This document shows, piece by piece, positions 58,429 through 64,000 of a stretch of 64,000 bases of DNA; the stretch's first letter is position 1, and the number at the start of each line of letters is the position of its first letter. The stretch spans positions 11,270 through 75,269 of the forward strand of contig JBKCMS010000065.1 in assembly GCA_046300175.1 (NCBI GenBank). The letters run 5' to 3'. The DNA comes from Pseudomonadota bacterium (GTDB taxonomy: Bacteria; Bdellovibrionota_C; UBA2361; OMII01). A program made the translations under genes and the position numbers. The notes below the pieces were generated by a model that did no database searches, was not told the origin of the DNA, and saw only the letters and a program-made list of their open reading frames with translations.

Positions 58429-58504
58429 GGGCGCTTAGCTCAGTTGGTAGAGCGTCAGCCTTACAAGCTGAATGTCGTAGGTTCGATCCCTGCAGCGCCC
58501 ACCA
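58429..58504 (+). tRNA. tRNA-Val (anticodon TAC), CCA encoded
   Basis: The sequence is GGGCGCTTAGCTCAGTTGGTAGAGCGTCAGCCTTACAAGCTGAATGTCGTAGGTTCGATCCCTGCAGCGCCCACCA. It has a 7-bp acceptor stem and the anticodon loop CTTACAA. Confidence 0.9.
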
Positions 58505-58572
58505 TCATCCTCCTACCACGATTTCTGAATTTGCGACTCGAACTGCCCGGCTGAATTGGTCAGATATTAGTT

Positions 58573-58620
58573 AAACCCAGCCACATTCATTTTTTTCAAA
58601 AATCACTCGCGCAGGGTTTA
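58573..58620. repeat. REP-like intergenic element (short form) matching the fused ends of the 49971-50154 element
   Basis: It is taaacccagccacattcatttttttcaaaaatcactcgcgcagggttta. It overlaps the stop codon of the 58618-59187 gene. Confidence 0.6.
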
Positions 58621-59187
58621 ATTCTCTGGAGTCTGTGTTCCAGACGGGGTAGGGGTGGGAGTCGGTTCCGAGGTGTCCGAGTCGACATAAATACTTCGAC
58701 GCTCCTTGGGTGTAAAGCGCGGGGACTTAGGATCAAACTCCTGACTATCGGGAATAGACGGATCGTTATTATCGAGGTCGACCTCTATGAAGCCGCGCTT
58801 ATCTCCGGTAATGCCTTTGACGTTAAACGAAAGAGATATAAAGTCCCCACCAAGGGCATCACTTGGATGTAGGAAGAAAACCAGAAATCTTTCATTATCG
58901 GTAGCTACTCGATCATCTGGTGATGTTTGGCGCTCCTCATCGCGATTGGGAAAGAGAACGGCACTCCCTTTGACATATAGAAGTGATTTTGAGAGCCGTA
59001 TTTTAAGCAATGAGCCATTTGGATTAATGTCTACTACTTCAAGAGAGACCCGATTTAAATCGCCTGAATCGATGTGATCACGCTCAAGGTCAAGGGCTAT
59101 AGTGCCTGCATAGTTAGTGTCGCTGCCACCACCACCGCCGCAGGCAGTAATCAATGTAGCTAGCGCGATGGTGAGGATAATTTTCAT
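58618..59187 (-). CDS. Hypothetical lipoprotein
   Basis: The lipobox LITACGGGGG is followed by a TPTPTP-rich C-terminus. Confidence 0.5.
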   Translation of the reverse strand: MKIILTIALATLITACGGGGGSDTNYAGTIALDLERDHIDSGDLNRVSLEVVDINPNGSLLKIRLSKSLLYVKGSAVLFPNRDEERQTSPDDRVATDNERFLVFFLHPSDALGGDFISLSFNVKGITGDKRGFIEVDLDNNDPSIPDSQEFDPKSPRFTPKERRSIYVDSDTSEPTPTPTPSGTQTPEN

Positions 59188-59388
59188 GGTGGTGGCAAAG
59201 TTCAGTAATCCTAGACTACGATGCGATCTTGGATGCCAGGGATTCTAAGAGCTCTTGTACCTAGCAACCTAAAAGCGGAAGTCACGGGTATTAAAAAAGG
59301 TCAATACACACAAAAGTCGCAATAATTTTGATTATCTGCGCTAGTTTTCAGGGCTGCTCTTTCTCTATTTGGCCTCAATTAAAGCGGA

Positions 59389-60216
59389 CTAAACCAACAC
59401 CTCAAAACCGCCCTTTGGGTTACGCCCAATGCGTGCCAGAGCGGTATCTCGGTCGTGCTGAAAGCAGACAGTGGCATTTAGGGCCGTAGCGCGCTCTAGG
59501 AAAGATAACTTCTCCCGAAGCAGCGTATCCGCGCAGACATCGTAGCCCATATGAAAAGGTAGCGGCACGTGGTGTGACGTTGGGATTAAGTCGGTCGGGA
59601 AAAACAGTCGAGGGTTTGATTCACTACTACAGTTGCCTATTTCGATCCACTGTTGGCCAGGTGTGTGCCCATCAACGCGGTGAACCTTGAGATCGGGGAG
59701 TATTTCTAGCGTGCCGTCGTAAAGCTGTAGGTCGGCCGACCGTAGAGGTGCGATATTCTCTAAGAGGTAGCTGGCCCGATCTTTCGGGGTGGGATTATTG
59801 GCGCGCTCCCAGTTTGCAAGCTGAAGGTGAACTTTTGCTCGCGGATAAGTTAGTGCGAGCTCGCCATCAGAGGTGATATGAGAGATCCCTCCAGCATGAT
59901 CAAAGTGAAGATGGGTGAGTACTACATCTGTAATCTCTAATGGATCGAATGAAAGCTCGCGAACAGGGGTGGTATCTATTGCATAAATCTGGCGCAGTTT
60001 GTCATTCCATTTATCTCCCGTTCCAACATCGACCAATATCTTGCGTGAGTCATCTTCCAGGAGAAGTGAACGGCACACTAGCGGTATGCAATTATCAATG
60101 TCGGCAGGTATGCTCTTGTTCCAGAGGGTCTTAGGAACAGAGCCAAACATGCTTCCTCCATCGAGCCGGAAGGCACCGAATACAACCAGGCTGACTGAGT
60201 ATCGTCCAAACTGCAT
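59389..60216 (-). CDS. MBL-fold metallo-hydrolase
   Basis: THLHFDHAGG is the HxHxDH metal-binding motif. Confidence 0.75.
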   Translation of the reverse strand: MQFGRYSVSLVVFGAFRLDGGSMFGSVPKTLWNKSIPADIDNCIPLVCRSLLLEDDSRKILVDVGTGDKWNDKLRQIYAIDTTPVRELSFDPLEITDVVLTHLHFDHAGGISHITSDGELALTYPRAKVHLQLANWERANNPTPKDRASYLLENIAPLRSADLQLYDGTLEILPDLKVHRVDGHTPGQQWIEIGNCSSESNPRLFFPTDLIPTSHHVPLPFHMGYDVCADTLLREKLSFLERATALNATVCFQHDRDTALARIGRNPKGGFEVLV

Positions 60217-60326
60217 TGTAGCTCCTCATACATTAATCAAAAAAGAGCAGTTGAGATCCTTTTATCCTGATTAACCGCTTTTTTTAGTTTTAATAAATAG
60301 ATCCTTTCACGTATCTTGTTACTGCG

Positions 60327-61121
60327 CTATTTGCTTGTGCTGTTTTTCCATCGCGGAGAACGTTTCTCAGAAAATGCTTGAATACCCTCGTTTGCCTCGT
60401 CCGAAAGGCTCACTAAAGCGCTACGATCAGCTAGCTCGTGCAAGCAACCCTTGCCGCTCAGAGTACGTAGTTCCAGTAGGTTCGCCTTGGTTGCACGCAC
60501 GGCGTTTGGCCCCCGCTGAGCGATCACGTTACAGAGAGCTAGGGTCTCATTGAGGGCTATATCCTTCGGGACAGTGCGGGATATAAGCCCGATTCGGAGT
60601 GCTTCAGCCGCTCCAATACGCTCTGCAGAGAGAGCCAGATACGATAGTCCACGACCGGACACCACCTTAGAGAGTGGAGCTGCTACCACCAATGGAGCAA
60701 GGCCTACAGCGACCTCTGGTAGGCCAAATTGGGCATCATCAGCCGCGATCGCGATATCTGAGGCCGCCACGAGCCCTAGGCCGCCTGCCAACGCAAATCC
60801 ATAGACTATGCATACTACAGGAGGGGCGCACTCCTGAATCGCCTGCACGAGCGTGGCAATCGCGCTAAAGAACTCCCGGCGGGTGGCTGGAGACTTGGCG
60901 TTGTTGAGCTCCTGCAGGTCGGCCCCTGCACAGAATGCCTCTGTACCACTTCCACGTAAGAGCACGCAGCGCACGGCAGGGTCTATACTTAGCCCTGTAA
61001 AGGCCGTTGTGAGCTCGCCGATGGTCTTCATATTGAGGGCGTTACGCGCCTCGGGGCGATTGATTGTTACTGTGGCGATATGCTTCTCAATATGAACGCT
61101 GATGTGCGAGTAACCTGTCAT
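60327..61121 (-). CDS. Enoyl-CoA hydratase/isomerase (crotonase) family protein
   Basis: AFCAGADLQEL is the oxyanion-hole motif and GFALAGGLGL is present. The size is ~260 aa. Confidence 0.85.
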   Translation of the reverse strand: MTGYSHISVHIEKHIATVTINRPEARNALNMKTIGELTTAFTGLSIDPAVRCVLLRGSGTEAFCAGADLQELNNAKSPATRREFFSAIATLVQAIQECAPPVVCIVYGFALAGGLGLVAASDIAIAADDAQFGLPEVAVGLAPLVVAAPLSKVVSGRGLSYLALSAERIGAAEALRIGLISRTVPKDIALNETLALCNVIAQRGPNAVRATKANLLELRTLSGKGCLHELADRSALVSLSDEANEGIQAFSEKRSPRWKNSTSK

Positions 61122-61125
61122 AGTG

Positions 61126-61905
61126 TCACCTTATCTGAGGGAAGAGAGTCAGTGCATTACGGGTAGTTATCGCTGCTACCTCTTCAAGCGACAAGCCTTT
61201 AATCTGCGCAAGCATCTTGGTTGTCTCAACGACAAAAGCTGGCTCACAACGTTTTCCCCTGTAAGGTTCTGGTGCAAGGTATGGAGCGTCAGTTTCGACA
61301 AGTATCTGCTCGAGAGGAATGGCCCTACAAACCTCACGAACCTGGTGAGCTTTTTTGAAGGTCAGTTGACCAGGAAAGGATACTCGAAAATTAATCTCCC
61401 GGAGCCTTTCCGCAAATTCGGCGTCCTCTGAGAAGCAGTGAAATACCCCGCCCACATCGCCTGCATGATGCCTGATTAGCGTATCGAGAGCTGCCACAGC
61501 AGCGTCTCGAGAGTGGATGATTAGCGGTTTCTTACTCTTTCGAGCTATGGCGATCTGGACTTCAAATATCTGATGCTGAGCTTCAATAGGCGCCCAATCG
61601 CGAAAAAAATCGAGTCCAGTTTCGCCAATCGCCACAACTTTTTCATGTTGCGCGAGAGTTTCTATTAAGCTTAGGTCAAGCGCTGAATCAGCGTTGTGCG
61701 GATGCACACCAACAGTAGCCCACACCATCGGATAACTCTCAGCTAATGCGATAGCTCGAGATGCGCCAGAAAGACCTCCGCCAGTTCCAATCGTGATTAA
61801 ACGGGTAACTCCCGCTTCAGTTGCGCGCCTGATAACCTCATCTCTATCCAGTTCAAAAGGCTCCGAATCGAGGTGGCAATGAGTGTCGATTATCTCGATA
61901 GCCAT
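61126..61905 (-). CDS. tatD: TatD-family metal-dependent hydrolase
   Basis: MAIEIIDTHCHLD is the HxH motif, GETGLDF is present, and the protein is 259 aa. Confidence 0.9.
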   Translation of the reverse strand: MAIEIIDTHCHLDSEPFELDRDEVIRRATEAGVTRLITIGTGGGLSGASRAIALAESYPMVWATVGVHPHNADSALDLSLIETLAQHEKVVAIGETGLDFFRDWAPIEAQHQIFEVQIAIARKSKKPLIIHSRDAAVAALDTLIRHHAGDVGGVFHCFSEDAEFAERLREINFRVSFPGQLTFKKAHQVREVCRAIPLEQILVETDAPYLAPEPYRGKRCEPAFVVETTKMLAQIKGLSLEEVAAITTRNALTLFPQIR

Positions 61906-61919
61906 ATCAGGTCAACGCA

Positions 61920-62354
61920 CTACCGGACACGTGCACCAGCCTGGATCGGCTTGTCCGGGGAGAGTAGGGCAAGCACTTCATCGCCTTCAGTCGATGCAGC
62001 TAATAACATACCACGACTCTCAACTCCCATCAGCTTGGCAGGTTTGAGATTGGCAACTATAACAATCTGCCGGCCGACAAGCTGCTCCGGCGTGTAGTGC
62101 AGAGCTATCCCGGATACTATTTGACGTTTACCCAGCTCTCCAACGTCTAGCTGAATCTGGTACAGTTTTTTTGACTTTGGAACTGGCTCCACCTTCTCAA
62201 TCGTCGCAACTCTGAATTTGATCTTTGCAAATGTCTCAATGTCGATCTCGTCACTAGCAGGTGGAACGATTGCTGGCTGCGAGGGCTGCTGTTGCAAATT
62301 GTTGGGCTCGCCACATGCCGTTACTGGTAATTTTTGAGTGTCGTTTGATTCCAT
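61920..62354 (-). CDS. Stand-alone tRNA-binding protein (EMAP/Myf domain, CsaA/Trbp111-like)
   Basis: KFRVATIEKVEPVPKSKKLYQIQLDVGE...IVANLKPAKLMGVESRGMLLAAS is an OB-fold tRNA-binding domain as found in MetRS-C and PheT. Confidence 0.75.
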   Translation of the reverse strand: MESNDTQKLPVTACGEPNNLQQQPSQPAIVPPASDEIDIETFAKIKFRVATIEKVEPVPKSKKLYQIQLDVGELGKRQIVSGIALHYTPEQLVGRQIVIVANLKPAKLMGVESRGMLLAASTEGDEVLALLSPDKPIQAGARVR

Positions 62355-62383
62355 CAGATATCCTCCAGGGTACTAGGCGCATA

Positions 62384-62530
62384 CTATAGCGTTTGCCAGC
62401 AGTCTGTAGCGAAATTCCACCTTTTGGAAAACGCTATCGATTCGCGGAAGCGAATCAAAACAACGACCTACAGTGATTTACGGCAAAAGCCTTGCTGGTT
62501 TGCCGGCACGGACTTTCGACAGGCAATATA
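62384..62530. repeat. 147-bp intergenic repeat family, copy 2
   Basis: It is tatagcgtttgccagcag...gcgaatcaaaacaacgacctacagtgatttacggcaaaagccttgctgg...caggcaatatag. Confidence 0.8.
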
Positions 62531-62560
62531 GCTCAGAATGCTCTTAAATGGCCAGTGAAA

Positions 62561-63580
62561 CTAACTCAGAGCTCGCTCCCACACCGGGGCGACCGAGTTT
62601 GGCGTAGTTTGATACGCATGCCCCAGTTTCTGATTGCAGCTCTTCAGAACCGCAAGAATAGCTAGCGTGGCATTTACATGGCGATCGAGCACCAAGTATT
62701 CCGCGTCGATTGCATTCTGTAGGGCGTGGGCCCACACTGTGGCAGCATTGGGGTCAGCAGCATGATTCAAAAGTCGCTCACGGATAGCGGTTCGGAGAAA
62801 GGTTATTCTCTCGCGCATTCCGGTTTTGTCCGCAGCCCAATCCTGGGCGGCCTTGGCGATAGTTGCGATGTCGCCACGCCAAGCGGCATCAAGTGCTGCT
62901 GTAATCTGTTCAGGTAAGTCGCTCCTTGCGTGAATTGATTCCAGTGCCGCACACGAACCATTGGCAAAAGGAATAAGAGCGCGCTGCTCCTCACTGGCTC
63001 CGTGCTGAGATGCTATCTGATCCAGCTCACTATCGGAGAGACGGTCAAAAAACCAACGCTGACAGCGCGAGAGCACTGTTTGTGGCAATCTCGATGGTGT
63101 TGTAACGATCAAGATAAAAAAGTTCTCAGGCCTTGGCTCTTCAAGGGTTTTAAGCAGGATATTAGCGCCCACGGTTGAGATATTGTCAGCATCGTTTAGG
63201 ATGGTGACCTTACGTAGCCCGAGAAAGGGACGCAGACTGAGTTTTTCGAGAGTGCTGCGTAGGTCATCAACCGAAAGACCCTCTTCGCTCCATTCCAGGG
63301 TGCGCAGATCAGGATGATTACCCGACCTGATAAGCCGACATGCCTGACATTCCCCACACCCACCGTAATTTTCCAGAGGGGGAGCCGCTTCGCTGGCGAT
63401 GCAAAGTAGCCGAGCAGCCAATTCACGAGCTACCAGCCGCTTGCCAACACCAGCAGGGCCACTAAATATAAGGGAGCTTGGTAAACGCTCCTCAGCAACG
63501 AGCGCTGCTAACGCTTTGCGTTGATGAGAGTGGCCAATCAAGGTACAATTTGTTGATGATAACGGCATGTTTAACGGCAA
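62561..63580 (-). CDS. holB: DNA polymerase III subunit delta'
   Basis: The AAA+ Walker A is SGPAGVGKRLVA. The zinc module is CGECQAC and ILNDADNIS is present. The 5' end is uncertain, with an internal ATG a few codons in. Confidence 0.8.
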   Translation of the reverse strand: MPLNMPLSSTNCTLIGHSHQRKALAALVAEERLPSSLIFSGPAGVGKRLVARELAARLLCIASEAAPPLENYGGCGECQACRLIRSGNHPDLRTLEWSEEGLSVDDLRSTLEKLSLRPFLGLRKVTILNDADNISTVGANILLKTLEEPRPENFFILIVTTPSRLPQTVLSRCQRWFFDRLSDSELDQIASQHGASEEQRALIPFANGSCAALESIHARSDLPEQITAALDAAWRGDIATIAKAAQDWAADKTGMRERITFLRTAIRERLLNHAADPNAATVWAHALQNAIDAEYLVLDRHVNATLAILAVLKSCNQKLGHAYQTTPNSVAPVWERALS

Positions 63581-63585
63581 AATGT

Positions 63586-63733
63586 TATAGCGTTGTCCAA
63601 AAATCGGCAGCGAAATACCGCCTTTTGGACAACTCTATCGATTGGCGGATGCGAATCAAAGCAACAATCTATAGTGCTATACGGCAAAAGACTTGCCACT
63701 TTTACAGGCCCGTACTTTTGCGCAACATTATAG
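63586..63733. repeat. 147-bp intergenic repeat family, copy 3
   Basis: It is tatagcgttgtccaaaaatcggcagcgaaataccgccttttgg...gcgaatcaaagcaacaatctatagtgctatacggcaaaagacttgcca...caacattatag. Confidence 0.8.
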
Positions 63734-64000
63734 CATGCTAGCCGGTGGTAGTGCCACCGTTGAAGGCAGGCCAGTAAGCAGACATACTAGCAGGTAAATC
63801 ACCTGCGATAACATTCAGTTATATGGCTGTATAGCGCTAGCTTGTCCTCTCAAAGACCCTAAATGGCCCTAGTATGGTGTATATCGGCAAGCAGTTTTGA
63901 TACTCAATTGATAGTGCTAAAACTAGCAGGAAATGCGCGCATCCTTTCTAGAACCGCTCTCAAAAACATCTTCTGCTCCGGTCGACGAGATGCGGGCTGC

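Noticed and set aside
58371-58574. 67-aa ORF on the plus strand
   Set aside because: It entirely overlaps tRNA-Val (58429-58504) and is an artefact of translating a tRNA gene.
49971-58620. Genomic island bounded by the 48-bp direct repeats and containing two tRNA genes
   Set aside because: The enclosed genes are core housekeeping (tig, clpP, clpX, lon) in their universally conserved order. No integrase or cargo genes are present. The repeats are better explained as a REP-like family than as att sites.

Overview
This is a bacterial chromosomal window of roughly 52% GC (estimated by eye). On pattern recognition alone it contains four blocks.

(1) 0-28.7 kb: a large surface-glycan biosynthesis cluster. 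It carries a complete GDP-D-glycero-alpha-D-manno-heptose pathway (GmhA, HddA, GmhB, HddC) with an embedded transaldolase. Nucleotide-sugar modifying oxidoreductases sit next to it, along with five SAM-dependent methyltransferases (two with N-terminal Cys4 zinc ribbons). There are GT2, GT4 and GT-B glycosyltransferases including a 1000-aa multidomain GT, a Wzm/Wzt ABC exporter whose Wzt carries a C-terminal extension, and a membrane protein with an SGNH domain. Together these suggest an ABC-transporter-dependent, methyl-capped heptose-containing polymer.

(2) 28.8-35 kb: an MFS transporter, pheS and pheT (PheT lacks its internal tRNA-binding domain), and a PduO-type cobalamin adenosyltransferase.

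(3) 35-50 kb: the most unusual region. A PP2C phosphatase, an FHA protein and a Ser/Thr kinase are translationally coupled to a minimal Tad/Flp pilus locus (cpaE, two flp pilins, cpaB, cpaF, tadB, tadC). No secretin, prepilin peptidase or pseudopilins are present in the window. Immediately downstream are an orphan FHIPEP (FlhA/SctV-family) export-gate homologue and a predicted pseudokinase-HEAT-repeat protein.

(4) 50-64 kb: a core housekeeping block with a TlpA-like thioredoxin, tRNA-Leu(TAG), tig, clpP, clpX, lon, tRNA-Val(TAC), an MBL hydrolase, a crotonase, tatD, a stand-alone tRNA-binding protein and holB.

Superimposed on this are a ~147-bp intergenic repeat family (3 copies), a second REP-like repeat pair, several short tandem repeats, and a ~180-nt long imperfect hairpin that may be a 6S-like RNA. 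No CRISPR array, integrase, transposase or recognisable defence system was seen.
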